The notes: generated by a model from the letters alone, not told the origin. DNA of 64,000 bases from Eledone cirrhosa (GCA_964016885.1 OZ024742.1:270692001-270756000); one strand, 5' to 3'. Numbered from the stretch's first letter, positions 26,399 to 44,963 are shown. Program-made: numbers and translations.

Positions 26399-28106
26399 GT
26401 GTGAGTGCGTCTGTGTGTGTGTCTATGAACAAATTCAGGACCCCGACCCTGTGTGAGATCTAGTTGTTGAAATGGCAGGAGAGCCTGAATTTGTTCCTCT
26501 CTCTCTATATATATACTGGTAGAAAGATGGGAGCTTATATTAGAGTTATGGTGTAAAGAATACCATACGTAATAACATTAGAAAAATATTGAAATATGAT
26601 GTTAACATAAAGCTGAAAAATAAAAAGTGTGGCTGCAGTTGTAAACGACTCAAATATAACTTTGAGAATAGTTTCGAATAATTAATAAATTAATTGCAAA
26701 GTATATTGAATTTCCCTGCTTAGGTGAAATATCTGCTGTTTCAGAGTAAGCACGGTGACATAATTACTTCACACCTTAATCGACTATAACTAACTTATTT
26801 GATTGTTATTAAGTTCCCTTGTATAACTAATTGTTACCCTTCCTTACATTTACCTTCTGTTTGCAACTCGTGCTATTGCCATCATATTAACAGCCATTTG
26901 GAAGTGTAAATTAATATTTACAGTGTCTTGTTTTCTTTTTTCCCTCTGCACTATTTTCTATTCCAGTGTGGCTAGTATTGCTTTAGGTAAACTAAATACA
27001 TAACAACATCTGATTTGTTGAACTGTTATTTATTTGAGGACAAATACTGACAATCATAAGAAAGAGCCTAGTACCCCCACAGTTTAGGTCTTGTTTCACG
27101 CCTGAACGCAAATCGTTTTTTTTCTGCCCAGTTCAATAACTAGTCTGTAGTATAAAAACCCGAATTGAATGAGTTATGTTAATCGTTCTGTCTGTATACG
27201 GTCTGAGTTTAAATCGCAACAATAATATACTTGCCAATCATCATATTGGGTTTGAGATATAAGGTACCTGTCGAATACATGGGGTTAATGTCTCTACTAT
27301 TTTAGTAAACCAATTGTTTAGAGCCGCTGGATTATTCAAACCAACAGCTACTGCAAGTATAATTGCTTCTCAATCACGTTGTTTGGATTTAATTCCACTG
27401 CATGTGAAATTTGACATAGACTTGTATTTTATCGGGTAGAGAATCTCTACGAAAGTTCACCAGATTGTCATGTACCTGTAATTCAACAGTGGAGCTCTGT
27501 CAAATTCCATAAAGCTGAATCTACTTGAGAGCTCCCTTAAAGAATCTCAGCAACTTCGCGCGTTAAATCAATGACTAGCTCGATTGTGTGTCCGTGTGTA
27601 TGCATACAAACACACGCACACTCACACACAGATATACATATATAGGCGCACAAACAAAAATATACACATATACACACATGCACACACACACAAACACACA
27701 CACATATATATATACATATAAATATATATATATATATACACACACGCACACACGCACACGCACACGCACACACACACACACAAACACGCACGCACAACCC
27801 CCCCCCCCAATACACATACACACACACACATATATTTATATATGGGTGATGGAGGAAATAGAGAAATCGGTATACCTATATATCTATGTAAATAATTTTG
27901 AAATGTTTCATGTCTGATATTTGCCTTAGTCAGTGTGTTTAGTGGCAACCAGTCATGCGATCGATATTACTAATAATAATACTACACCATTCATCGTTCA
28001 CCATTGCACTGCGGGAATACTTTAGTGCACGTTACATGTGCTGCACTGATATGAAATGATGTGTTATTTTATTTTTTTAAGTAGGTCAATAGACAATTTG
28101 AATATT

Positions 28107-28154
<48 letters not shown>

Positions 28155-28525
28155 AGTATATGTGTGTATGTGGTGGGGTGGGTGCATGTGTTTGTTCATA
28201 TATACCTTTCTATGCATGTTCACATACACTAAATTTCCGATAAGTATACTCACACAAGCTTTATGAACATTTATATTTCCGAAAACAACCACCATCACAG
28301 AGGCGTTCAGATGCATATACATACAGGAATAGACATACGTATGTTTTGTTTGTGTGTGTGTATGTCGTTTATTAAAACGGAGTATCTAAGAAAAATCATT
28401 TTCTTAGAGTCCCTGTTTTAAAAAAAAAATGTTCATGCTCACATTGTGTATTCGTAATGTTCAATACTTCTGGGCAGTATATACCAAAGAGTAAATTACG
28501 TATATTTTTCAAGTACACACACGCG

Positions 28526-28620
<95 letters not shown>

Positions 28621-31600
28621 TTACTCACACATATATATATATATTTGTATATATATATATATAAGTGCGTGTGTGTATGTGTGTGTATTGTCCATTTGCT
28701 ACTGGCTCCTGTGAACTAGAGCCAGTTTTTATCGATCTTAAATTGACGAAACAACCTATCTCTAGTGATCGCTTGATCTCGAGTGTCTGGTCTTGTTCGT
28801 TTTTTGTTGTTTTTTTGTCGTCTTTTCCTATAAATCCTTTTATTATATATATAAATAAATCTCAACATTAAATCAACGATTTTCTTAACAGGTGACTGAA
28901 ACACGTATCCTCTAAAAAACGCATATGTTAGGTATCCCAATAACCAATGTCAAACTCATCACACTAGATAGTGTTATTCTGCACTCGACTATCAGAATCC
29001 AGATGAATCATCCAATCACGTTTTCTGTAACAGATTCCTCCACCAATAAAGTGAAACTTTCGAAGGACAAGTGCATAAAAATCGTTTTCCACACTTGCAA
29101 TCTAACATTTTGTGATCAAATGATGAATGAGTTCGAAATATATAATGACTGACGCTATTGTACATAAATGAATATAACAAATGATGTCTATATATAATTT
29201 CCGTTACGTTCGATGTGCAATATGTTTAGAGTAACCCATGTTTAGAAAGTCAGTCCATGTCTTTGAAAGCATACGCAGATGAAATGCTGTTTCATAACTT
29301 TAAAAACGCAAACTGATATCTCTATTCAGTCATTTTAGCTACTAAGCAGCGTCGCTAGTGCTATCAAACTGCTTTACTTTCCCTTTTGTCGGAAAGAGAC
29401 TAATAACACTATCCATTAAACATATAACCTGGAGTAACTTATAGATATTCTTTATGATATGATCTGCCAATGCAGGTATCTCACTAGTACGTGTTCGGAT
29501 AGTTTTTTAATATACTTAATACATTACTAGCTAAATAAATATACCCTCTTCTAAGCAAGTCATCGTGTATATGTTCGGAATCTATATTTTTCATTTATGA
29601 GTGTGATGCATGTAATCATAATGTAACGTTCTGATTCCCATTCCTGACAATGTTAATGTGATGGCACATTTTTCTAGGATTGGTAATATCAGTAAAATAT
29701 ATATATTGATGACATTCAACGAATGTAACCTTCACGAACACACATTTCTGTCAATATCAAACAAAGTCTATATTTCTGATTATTTACTAGGAGTGACATC
29801 GTAATTTGTTATGTTATTATCCAGAGCGTATCAGTTTATATTTTACTTTATCTGAAGCACATTTCTGATTGGATAAATGTGTAATACACATCACATGACT
29901 AATTTGTTTCCATGTTATTATTTCCTTATATACACAGCCGAAAAAGATGGATCAACAGCAAAATAAAACCAGTACTAAATATATAATATATTTAAAATGA
30001 ACTTCTGGTTTATGTGTCATAATGAGTGTCATAGTGTATGATTACCAAGTAAGGAAGGAAAACATTCATCAATCACAGTGAAAATCTGTAAACAAATTGA
30101 AACTAAAGAGAATATTTTCACTCAACTTGAAGTATCGCAACACATTGTCTTCATTTTAATAGCAATTAATATCGGGTACTAAGTTCATAATTATGAGAAC
30201 AATTAGTGTTCATCTCACTGTTTTGATTTGTTATATTACATGTTAAACTATTTTGAAACTGTAAGATTCCAAACTCATGACGTGCACTAATAAATATAAG
30301 AAAACAAATCATTTATTGCAATTGATGCTATTTTGTCAGAAATAATTCAACAATGTTATTTATTTTATATATGATTTGATATATATATATTAAGATAAGT
30401 ACCAATGGATCAAGTGATATAAACAATTGCAAAATACTACAAAAGGTGTTCCTTGAATACAATCTTAAATAGATTCTACAATCATGCATTCAACTATATT
30501 GTAGTTTGGAAGCATTGTTGTTATGGTAACAATGCCAGATTAAAGGTCTTTGTAATTGACCAATATAATTCATGTTTAAATGTCTTATTTATGATAGTTG
30601 ATACAGAAGGATTTCACTACAACGATATTTCGCAAATAGTGGAACTAGACAAAGCTCAATATTTATTGAAGGAAAGATAACCACAACATTTCAGAAAACC
30701 ATGTGCAAAAATGATGCAAGAAATTAACTGAATCTAATAATATAATTAAACATTAATTAATTACTTTTATTTTTCCGTGTGTAAAGGGACAGTCATGACT
30801 ATGTATCCATAAAATACGATCCATTTGCAGCAATCACATGGTCAGAATTCCCTCCCGAGTGAACCGATTATATCAGACACACATAGTATGTATATATGTA
30901 TATATGTGTATATCTATGTTTATGTTTCGAGTATACGTACAAATGAATCCTTACGTAGTACTTTTTTTTATCCACCGATCCTGTGAAAATAGAAATCAAT
31001 ATAATATAAACCAAATACGAAATTGAACTTCATATGTGAAAAGCCTCACACACTCTAAGATGGTCTATTGTTTCTGGCAATCGTCTACCATAGTTCGTGG
31101 AAATATGTAAATCAATGTAATTGATTGGAACATAATTTCCATACCCGATAAAAACTGTTTTCTTCAAAAAGCTTTTAGATGGTCGCTCGTCAAGTTATAA
31201 TAGCTGCCAAATATCCCCCAGATTGTACCTTCAAATATTAATTACCCTCACATTATATAGGCTTGTCCAGCAGTATAATATATATTAATTGCAAACCGTA
31301 TTGACTCTAACAGAATGAATATTATCTTAGAGCTCCGTTAATAAAACTGACTTGTGGTGAGACGACAACTATTAGATTTACTTCATGGGATTTACGTATG
31401 ATGCTGCAGTCAGTAGCCACAAGGCAGAAGAAAAGCCATTAACTATGAATCAGTGAGGTTTGTTCTTTAAATTGTATTTTTCATAAATGTTTATGATACA
31501 ATTAACATTATTTTATTTGACTATAGATAAAGAGTTAGAACGGAGGCTGTTGGTTGAGAGAATTTACGACAGTATATATTAGGTACTTAATTTATAGAGG

Positions 31601-33259
31601 GATAAAATGACGAACAATGACATGTATCTCAGGGGGTTTAAGCAGTAAATTAAAATAACGATTCATACTTCTTCCACACACTCAGTATATTATTTTTCTA
31701 GTATTTCAAATAAATTATGTGTAATTGTTATCCTTAAAACACTACATGCGCTTTAATTTATTATTATGTTTTTCACAAGCCTCCGCTGTACCACATGAGA
31801 TTTAAGATCATAAAACACGCTCATATGCGCATGAACGTCTTTGAGCACAATTTGCACTAAATCTTTCGAAAACAGAATTTCATTTTGGATACCCTTATTT
31901 TCACCTCCTCCCTAAAAAAATAACAGAAACAAATGTAATCAATTTTTCTGCGCTCATGTGCACTTCAATATCTTCTTTCAACTAGCGTTCTATTTCTATA
32001 TTTCCTGTTGTAAGCTTAACAGCACTAAAGGGAAATTTGCTGCATAGTTCTCCGTAAATGTTCAGCGAGCTTTACTTTCCTGAAGTGTTAAGAGAACCAC
32101 CTCTCACTTATACACAACTATAGATAGACATATAGATAGATAAATGGAGGGTTGGATAGATAGCTAGATGGATGGACGGATATATACCGAGAGAAAGAGA
32201 AGGAAAGCGAATACATACACATACATATACAACAAACACCCACAGAGAAAGCACATAAATACACATACAAACTAAAAATAAACTGTATTCAGCATTCTAC
32301 TTCCGATTTTGGTAAGCCAGGAATACATGTTCGTCTCTTGGAAGAAAGACATTTATCCTTCCTCACTGCCAAATAAATTATTTCGTTTTGAGAGTTTGGT
32401 ACACGAAGCACACTTATCCAAGCAACAATCTTATGTATTTTAAAAAAAAATCTATATTTCAACATCTAGGTTGTTGTAACAGACAAGTCACGATGTTGTA
32501 GTAAGCACAGACTGCGTGATCTAGTCTAAATGTTACAGACAATTTTTATTGTGCAGGTCACACACACAGGTGTGTGTGTGTGGACGAGGAATATAGACAG
32601 TGATATTAAGAAAAGAGGGTCACTGCTTCCGTTTTTGTAAATAGATTGTTTGCCGTTGGAATAATTATATAACTGTCGTATCTAAAACCATTTGCAATTC
32701 ATTTATTTGTCTGATGTTCATCATGAAATGACATATAGCAGTAAGAACGCAACATCCTGAATACGGTTATTACCATTTGGAATACATATACACACCGACA
32801 CACACATTCACACACGCAAAAATACAACACACTGGATGGTGAAATACCCCATGGAATACCCAATAAATATATATACGTCGACATACACTCATATACTGAT
32901 ACAGTACACAGGATAACCCAATAATCCATGGATTATCCACCAGATAACGACGTGCACCAGATTGTGTAAATGGCGGAAGAGACCCCATCCACCCCCAGCA
33001 TGTCTAGATTCAATATATCTCGGCAACCAATGCCAACCCCAAGTCTCCCCAACACACCATCACAAATATTGTATTTCATATGTTTCCCCTCTCTTATATG
33101 TTACATAACATATGCAATACATTATACTCCATGAACTCCATCATCCATATTATCTTCTAATTCTTATATTTTAATTCATATATTATTTCATATCATATCA
33201 TAAATATAATTTTTGATTTTTTTTTAAACTTTACTTTTCAATGTTCTTCTTCTCCCACT

Positions 33260-33693
33260 TATTCCTGAGAGGATCGTGGACTCTAGTTCTCAACCACTCC
33301 TTTCAGTGGGTCCTATCAGAAGCAACAGTCACCAACTGATCCGACTGGTTCCCCAAGCGAGAACAGCCAAGCTCATGGTTGTTATCCAATCATCTTGCTT
33401 GAGGTCTACCTCTGGATCTCCTGCCGGTTCGTTGAGCCCATCAAATCTGGACAGCGATTCTTTCATGAAACATTCTATCCACATGCCCATATCGAAGCTG
33501 TGATCTCCCAATTCGGATAAGTAGCGGCTCTACCTGGAATGACTCTGATGTACGAGCAACGCAATATATCGAGTTACGTTACTCCATAGACTATTTGGAA
33601 GAATCCAATTTCGGCCGCTTGTATACGCGATCGTGTCCTTTCGGTCATTAACTAAGGTTCATGACTATAGACAAAGGTTGACAGGAATACCGA
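33260..33693 (-). mobile_element. RTE-clade (Expander/Rex3-like) LINE 3' fragment
   Basis: Minus strand FVYSHE.*LMTERTRSRIQAAE..F...VEPLLIRIGRSQLR.GHVDRM...GRRSRGRP. Confidence 0.85.
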
Positions 33694-34330
33694 ATTGAAG
33701 AGAACGAGAACGTTTGATTCTCTATATTTTTCCTTTTTAATTTCTTTTCTTCCATTGCGTCACTCTCTTATTTGTATCATTTTTGTCTTCTGTTCAATGT
33801 GTCAACGTTTAATTTTTTCATTTTTCATTTTTCCTACACATTATTTTTTCCGTTTTCTTTACTCCTTTTATTCCTCATACCTTATGTCTGATATCTGCTT
33901 GACACCCACATCACCTAATCACCGCAATAGTCATCATATATAATTCCATGTATATCTCCATAATCTTCGATGTAAGTCATGCTCCATGCGTTATATTCAC
34001 ACATCTTATATATTTCATATATTTACTTAACACCAATACCTACACACTACAACTCACGTATGAATCCAACTTAGCTTCTTTAATCATATATTACCATAAC
34101 GTTAATCGTAGTTAATATTTAAATGTTTTCAACTACATTGCATTATGCTATTTATTCATTCCCACACAACAAACACTATCCCGCAACATCACCGTACCCA
34201 TACACCCACCCACCCTCGCGTGTATGTATGCAGGAATTGGAATCGTCTATTCATATTCATATATATATATAAAAACGGAAAAAATGAAACGAAATTTCAT
34301 TTCCCACACTTAGTACGGCTGTTACTTAAA

Positions 34331-34490
34331 TATAAGTATGTACACGCACATACATATATGTATACAGACGTACAGTAGTACGTATATATATATACACATG
34401 TATATATACATACATGTGCATGTATCTATATAGATATATATATACGTACTACTGGACGTCTGTATACATATATGTATGTGCGTGTACATA

Positions 34491-34496
<6 letters not shown>
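34331..34496. repeat. ~60-bp-arm inverted repeat of a dispersed family (related copy at 59780-59890)
   Basis: tataagtatgtacacgcacatacatatatgtatacagacgtacagtagtacg and its reverse complement at 34445-34496. Confidence 0.85.
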
Positions 34497-34540
<44 letters not shown>

Positions 34541-34544
<4 letters not shown>

Positions 34545-34593
34545 CTGATGGGAGCGTACCAAAGTTTTGGTACCCTTGAAATATATATAAGAG
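34541..34593 (+). ncRNA. Hammerhead-like motif in a ~90-bp unit between two (TA)n arrays
   Basis: CTGATGG-gagcgtaccaaa gt tttggtaccctt-GAAAT atat ATA-agag. Confidence 0.6.
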
Positions 34594-34629
34594 AATAAAT
34601 ATGGTTTCATAAATATAGTTTCCATATGA

Positions 34630-34720
<91 letters not shown>

Positions 34721-34760
34721 AATATATATATATATGTAAATATATATATATATGTAAATA

Positions 34761-34860
<100 letters not shown>

Positions 34861-34921
34861 AATATATATATATATATATATATAGATGTGTATATATATA
34901 TATATGTATATATATAAATAT

Positions 34922-34983
<62 letters not shown>

Positions 34984-35077
34984 ATATATATATTAAGATA
35001 AGCAGAACAACCAAAATTCAACCAATTTTTTAAAATAAATTAAAAAATATAATTTAAATATTTACCTATTCTTTTGG

Positions 35078-35156
35078 CCCTTACCGATCGGTTTCGCTTT
35101 GTAAAACACCAGAAATCCAATGGATTTCTAATGGAAAATCAAAGCTCATCAGAGAA
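35078..35156 (-). ncRNA. Type I hammerhead, canonical core, 50-nt helix II
   Basis: Minus strand ttct-CTGATGA-gctttg...caaagc-GAAACCG at CGGTA-aggg. Confidence 0.8.
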
Positions 35157-35189
35157 GCATTTACCTTTACTAGGGCTAAAGACCCAGGA

Positions 35190-35344
<155 letters not shown>

Positions 35345-35382
35345 AGTATATATATTTATATATATGTATATATATATACAAG

Positions 35383-35413
<31 letters not shown>

Positions 35414-35414
35414 T

Positions 35415-37705
<2,291 letters not shown>

Positions 37706-37868
37706 TATATATATATATATAGAGAGAGAGAGATGAAAAGAGTCAGGACCCCGACGGGTTAGTTCCGGCCGTTTCGACAGCTAGATCATATATATTACGT
37801 ATATAGATGAATATACATATATATATATATATGTATATATGTAGATAAATATACACACATATATATAT

Positions 37869-37902
<34 letters not shown>

Positions 37903-40900
37903 GCATATATTTATATATATATGTATGTGCGTGTGTATACGTATTTATTAATGTATGTTCGCCGTGCATACATGTATGAAGTGATGTTTGAGTGAATGGG
38001 TAATCAATTTTTGTAATCAATGTTTCTTTAATACGCGGAAGACTACGCAAAGCATAATTTGCCATGTTTTAATTTAAGTTTTTTCTTTTTAAATTTGACT
38101 CGTTGACTTAGTAAACAGGTTATTGTTTCAGTTCAATTTCAGATTAGATGAATATACGAACTGGTGTCTACACACATGTACAGTTTAGGAAGAAATTACA
38201 TAACGGAAAATAAACACATAACTAGAGAGATAATGGGATTGAGTGTAAGTGGGGAGTGAGGGATAGACAGTTATATAGATAAAAAGTGGAACACTTGTGT
38301 GAAGATGTAATATTAGAAAACACAAGTGAGATAATGAAAAAAAAAACAATTAGAAACTGTACGACTAGTAACACAAAACAACGTTATTCACGTTAAAATT
38401 AATATTCTTCTAACATATCCATTGAAGCGTACGCTTCCAACGATTACAAAACCGAAACCACACCAAAAGTACAGCACATTCCATGTCAGGTAAAAATCAA
38501 GCCGAATCATCGAAATCTAATACAAAGAATCTTGAATCACACAGACAAAAAGGAAGGAAAATAAAAATATTCACTAGCGCAAGAATAAAACAAACGAGAG
38601 AAATAAATGCTGTTCTGAATGTTTACAAAGAACCAGAAAAAACGTATGTCGGAATGACGATTTCTAAATATTAAACGTTTTTCATCAGCTCACATACTTA
38701 ACACATTTATGTTGTCGTAATGGAGATATGTTAATAATGTGTATATCCGTTGGTTACGGCAAACTTATATCACTACGTTAGCACGTTAACGTTAACATAT
38801 ATGAATCTATATATCTATGAATTTAATATATGGATTAAACACTTACTTATTTTAACCTATTTTCTTTGTGTCTGTTTTGTTCATATAGGGCAACTAAATT
38901 GTTTTATTTTTCTTTGCTCGAAACAGGCAGTCCTTTGATCGTTATTAAGCACTTCATTTTGCGCAAAGAAATAATTTCCCTATATTTGGCGAGGCATTTA
39001 TTTTTATACGCAATATATCTCTGTAAATGTATGTATATCTGTACATAAATATGCTGATTTTCATGTTTTGTTTGTGTGTGTGCGTGCGTGCATGTATGTG
39101 AGAGCATGTACGTTTGTGAATGTTTGTGAATACGTATGTGTGTATAGATGCGCATGCAACTGCACGCACAACGACGTATGAGATTAGTCAGGTTTTCAAA
39201 TGTAGGAAATGATTAAATGTGATTTACATACTTTTCACTACACATAACACACAAGTGTGATAATATATATATAGGCGCGTACGAGCGTGCATATATGGGT
39301 GTGCTTGTGTGTGGAAGTTACGGCCGAATACATTTCACTCCGTTTTTGTTATAATAATAAAGTCTGACTGATGCAGTATAGCATCTGCAGAATTAAGTAG
39401 CTTTTCATGTCATCCACTGTTAACTTAATTTCTTTCCACGCCATGTCACATTCTTTCTCACTTGCTCTAATTTTACGATTCCATATTACTATCTTATAAT
39501 ACCGCAAGAATCCTGCTCAAAATTTATTTGTCATTTCACCGTTTATTTTATTTCAAAATATCTACAGTTATATATTTGTAAGATATTCCAATCTTTCTTC
39601 GTATCTCTTTACAGTATTACTCTCATATAAGGCTTATTCCTTTCTAATACACATGAAACCACATATTTTAAGATGCGATGTGGAAAGTTGTCTCTCTATA
39701 AATATTTGTTTTTTTTATTTTAAATATTTTTAGGAAATGTACACTATAAACTTTGTCTTATAAACCACATGGGCCACGCTTTCTTTACTGGCATCAATAA
39801 CCATCAGATCAATATCAATCTCAAAATCTATTGTTTATTCTAATTTGGGAAACATTAATAATTATTTACTTTCAATTCTCTTCATGTTGTACTTAAGAAT
39901 ACAAACGTCATGTGATTCGGCTATGAGTCGAATGGATGTAGCTGAAGAAACAAGGTACAATATTTTTAATAGTTGAATTTATTTACGGCAACATATATCT
40001 CGATTATCATATCTCTGCTATTAGTAATGTATCGGACGCCACAGTATACAATTAATTCAATTTCCTCTAAATAGAAGAATGGTGATCTTTTAAATTCGTC
40101 TAAATACTAAATTATTACGTATGCTATTTCTATGATATAATTCCACAATGGAATATTACCAAGATGAAGGGACAGCATGCATAAGGTTTCATATGGCTGT
40201 CAGTTTCATCTCAATTTAGTCGTAATCCACGTATTGGTATTTAACTCACTAACAATTCTATTCCATTTAACAATAATCAGGGGAACCAGCGAGATAATTC
40301 TAAACACGTTTACTCAGTCAAATAAATATAGCAGCCAAACTCAGCCACGATCATAGCAAGAACGAGCATTCACTATAAGCGGCAGTATCAGTGAGAGGCT
40401 AACGTTTGTGCTGTCGTATTAAGAATTCCATTGCGTGTATTTTAGCTCACTCCTATATTTGAAATACCTAATCGGTGTCATTACAATCCCTTTATATCCC
40501 AAATGCAGATCAATTCTAAGATATGTCAGTAGCATTCATCACTTCAATGTTAAGATCAGACTGATTTCCATCAGCGTTGTCATGAATGTTTCAGTAAATC
40601 CCATTAGATAATAAAACTTGTGTAATATCGCATGCATACTTGTGTAATATCGCAAAAATACACTTGTATTATCGCATGTATACTTTTGCTAACTTATTTC
40701 ATCGATAATCTCGTTTAATTTGTGTTTTTCTCCTCACCCATGAAATGTATTTATAAACGATCTTTTAAAGCTTGCTCTGGTGTGTCCTCAGCATAGGGAT
40801 TGATATTCTGAAGTTTTTTTTCCCTTTTAAATAGCAACATCGATGAACTTTTTGCAAGACTTTATTTAAAATGAAATATTTGATTTCAGAAGCTGAAATG

Positions 40901-41955
40901 ACATCCCTCAACACAAATTGCCAGCTATTTTATAATCAAAATTTATGTGACGGAAACTGTGAAAGCTGATCGTCCATGTCTATATGCATATGTATCATAG
41001 TATGTGTTACTGTCGGTGGCTCACTATAGGTCTACTGGTGAAATCTGATACATTTGTAGGGATAGAAACACAGACAATAAGTAATATCGTGATTCGTCAA
41101 GTGGTTATAAAAAAATCATATGATACTGATATTAGGCCCACATAATATTTGCAGAGAGCCTGCAACAGCACGGAGGCAGGTTAATAGCGGATTACATATG
41201 CACATTAGACATATAACATAGTTATATACGCTTAACGACGTGACCATTCAATAATTTCTATCGAATAAGTTATAATAACTTCGGTGGGGAGATTTTTAAA
41301 GATTCCTGGAGAACCTTCTCGCATTCGTCGGTGGCGATTGTCAAACTGATTTCAGGTTGTGCTTTGATGTCCGAGTCCTGTATATATAAGAGATGTGAGT
41401 GTGTCACGAAGGAGGTTTGTTTATGAGTGTGGGAGTGAAGGAGTGTTGATTAAGTTTTATACAGGAAATAATGAAGGGTAAGCGCAATATAACTGATGGG
41501 GCGTGGCGGAGGGATGTGTCGGGATGTTTTAGGTGTTTTAGAAAGGGGTTGTAAAAGTGAATATAATTGATTCTACTTTTCTTTTTTATATATAAAATGG
41601 CGGGACGTTTTAAAAATTATTTTCTTATAGCTGAATCAACTATCTTAAATTTATAAATAATGACTGCAACAATTTTTTATATTAAAGATGAATTTGGGTG
41701 TGCGTCTGGTGGTGCTAGTGGGGTTAATGAGGTGTAAGATACGTCTTTTGATAAAAATGGTATGAGAGTAAAGAAAAAATAAGGATAGATTTGGTATATT
41801 TATTGATAGAAATGTACGTTGTTGATATTGCTTTGTGAAGGGATGTAGAGGGATCATGCTAGCTCACATATTTACTTCCCTACATGTAAGCATACATGCA
41901 ACTCATATATATATAGTCACACAAACACACACACACATACACACAGACACACACA

Positions 41956-42004
<49 letters not shown>

Positions 42005-42007
<3 letters not shown>

Positions 42008-44963
42008 AAAAAGTATGACCCCGACGCAGAGCTCAAGCCGTTTCGACGGCTATATCTGGCCTAAATTAGAATGTTTAGCCTGGTGAATAAATAGCCGAAC
42101 TTGTCAAGGGGGTACTTCCTTATATGGGAAGATTGTAGTTGTCAAGAGTTAAAATTTGTTGTAAACACAAATAAGTTTATCATGGCATTTGGTGGGAGGT
42201 AGGGGTGGGTGAACTTGCCAGTAGAACAATAGGGGAGTGAGAGGAGCGGACAAGCGTTGAAACTGATATGTATACAGCAGATTCTAAGGATAGTGTATGA
42301 AGTGGAGGTGCGAGGTTATAGAAAAGGTAAATCGAATGAGAGTAGGAGAAAATAAAAGATAATACAAGGAAATAAAAAAAATATATAAACAAATATATAT
42401 AAAATTTGATAGTGAGAAATGAATTTAAAAATTCACAATGCTATCTTACAATTACAGGTTAAAAAGCTGAGAATAGAAAACACTTGTAGAAATTGAGTAG
42501 TACCAGAACTGATAAAAAAATTAAAGGGGTTTAACACGTCTGCAATAAGTAGTTAGTAAATCATAATCGGCCAATTCTATCTTAAAATTACAGGGGTGGA
42601 GGAACTGATCCTACAGAGGCTCGCTGGGCTGCATCGGGGTAGGCGAAATGGGGAAAAGCAGACAAGGAAGAAAATAGGGAGTGGAAAGAAGTGATAGAAT
42701 GAGACATGGGGAAGAAGAAGGCAAAGACGAAAAGAAAAGAAAAGATATACATCTACCTAAGTAAGCTGCGGTTTCCTCTAAGTTATTCGGCAAGTGTGTG
42801 TGTGTGGGGGCGGGGGATCAGCCCTTGTCTACCCACCCGGTTGTTATGGGGTTTGAGGGCGAGGTAAGTCCTACGCAATCTGTGTTTGCATGCGGTTACC
42901 AGTTCGTCTTTATTTTAAAAGATGGTCCTTCGAAAACAGCATTTGTAATGTTTCCTCCGAGCATAAGTTACACGGACGGCGCCCTCCTGTGTAGGAGTTA
43001 GCTCTGGACAGTATGCTCCAAGTGAGATTGTAGGTTATATTATTATTTTGGAGGTCAAAGATGTGGCCCGAAAGTCTAGTGGCATGTCGCCGGACAGAGT
43101 TTCTGAAAGTATGTCGGTGTTGGCAGAGCCGAGTCTTGAACTCACACGCGGTTAATCCTATATAAGCTTTGTTGGAGGTGTCCGTCCTCACGTTGCACTA
43201 GTAGATCACGTTACGTTCTCAGCATTTGTTGTTGAGGGTGCACGTAGATCTATCAGGGCAGTTACACCTCCTGGTCGGCTCTCCACTGATGTCTAGGTTA
43301 TTTCTTCCATAGGGTTTGAGGAGACGATGTTTTGTGCGAAGTTAGGTGTGGTGCTGTAGGAGAGTTTGGTGGTGTTTTTGTTGATTATGTTATGGTAGCG
43401 TGTTGTATTGGGAAGTGTTTTTCGGGGAGTCTAAACAATATTTTCCCGATAGTTGTTGCCACCTCGGCATTATGGGGAGGATTGAACAACGTCACGTTGC
43501 GTAAGCGGCGGTGTCGCCTGCTGGTTCCGCTAAGGGAAGCTGGATAAAAGGATATTTCCTCCCGGAAGCCAATCCGCTTGAGGGCCTGGTTGTAATGCGG
43601 CGCGTGTTCGTCGAATATCTGCTCATTAGCGGACAAATGAGATATGCGGAGGGAGATGTTTTTAACCAGGTTATTGGTGATGCTTCTAGGATGGTTAGAT
43701 CGGCGGTGGATGTAGTGCAGGTTGTCATTTGGTTTCCTGTATGGGTAGTACAGATAATTTTCTAGGTTAAGGATAACGTCCAGGAAATTGACTCGGATTA
43801 GGGACGTTTGTATGGTGATTTTAAATCCCCAGTCCCGGAAGAAGTTTATTACTTGTTTACGGAACCGGTCTGTACTACTTGGGTTGTACCCTTTGAGGGT
43901 GAAGAGCCTATCATCCCGGTACAATCCACCGCCGAATGCAGGAAACATTTCGGTGAGTTTAAATATTAGGAATAATCCTAAAAGATCTGTGACCTCGGCC
44001 GAATCCGTCGCGCCCATACTGACATCGAAGGGCGAGTCGGGAGCTCACTTTATCCACATGGAGTTCTCGAAAATAGGACTGTCTTCCTGGCGTGGCGAAT
44101 GGTATTTCTTTCCTGGTCAGTGATGGATGTGAATGTTTCGGCAAAGTCCAAGGCGGCCATAAGAAGCGGTAAGGTAATAGATGCATAGTAACTCTGTATG
44201 TCAAACTGGATGAATTTCGTGTCTCCTTTGTCCTCCATATTCCTGAACCTTCAGATTATTTCCTGGGTGCTAACCCATAGGATAAGTCTCACGTTCAGCT
44301 TAACTTTTGGAATAACTCGGTCTAGGATCTTTTTACTAATTCTCACTATGTCCGACTTCGTTGAGTTTATAAGTCTAATGGATGCTTTGCGGTCGAAGTC
44401 GGATTTGTGGTCCTTCAGTGTGAAGTAGGTAGCCCGTGGGTCTAGGGATACAGTGCGGTCGGCGACCCCGAGGCTAGAGGTAATGTGTTGTCCATCTCGA
44501 TTTATGTCCTCGATAATTGAATGGTTAGCCTTTTTATAGGTGGAGTTTAGGCTGCACCTGATCAGTTTGTGGTATCTGTCAGGGTTGACGAGTAGAGGTT
44601 TCAAGTTTTGTCCGAGTGCACCATGATGTCGTTGGTGTTTTCATACTCTGTTATTTTGCTACGGAGTTGTTGTAGGAATCTGTTGTGTCTGGGTTTGAAT
44701 TTAATGCTCTTGACCAGGTGGAAAAGGTCGTTCTCGAAGGGTGACAGCATAGGTTTCGGAGGGGGATATTTGTAGGTATTGAATCCGAATATCTCCTTGG
44801 TTTCGAAGTTCTGATTGTCGCGGTATCTATCGTAGAAAAAAGTTCTCCATCTTAGTATTTTCGCAAAACGGTCAATTTCTTGCGTGAACATCCAGTAGTA
44901 AAATTTTCTCGGTGGAACTGAGATATTCTTGGTGGAGATATCGATGTTGTGTTTTCGGATCGT

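Noticed and set aside
38050-41250. Repeat-poor AT-rich stretch with short ORFs
   Set aside because: There is no recognisable domain or convincing splice pattern, so it is left unannotated.
43195-43270. In-frame TGA near the Cys motif of a Naiad-like ORF as possible selenocysteine (some Naiads are reported to be selenoproteins)
   Set aside because: The TGA follows the conserved Cys rather than replacing it, and a TAG lies a few codons later. The Cys motifs I read in the other Naiad-like copies use normal codons, so this is ordinary decay.
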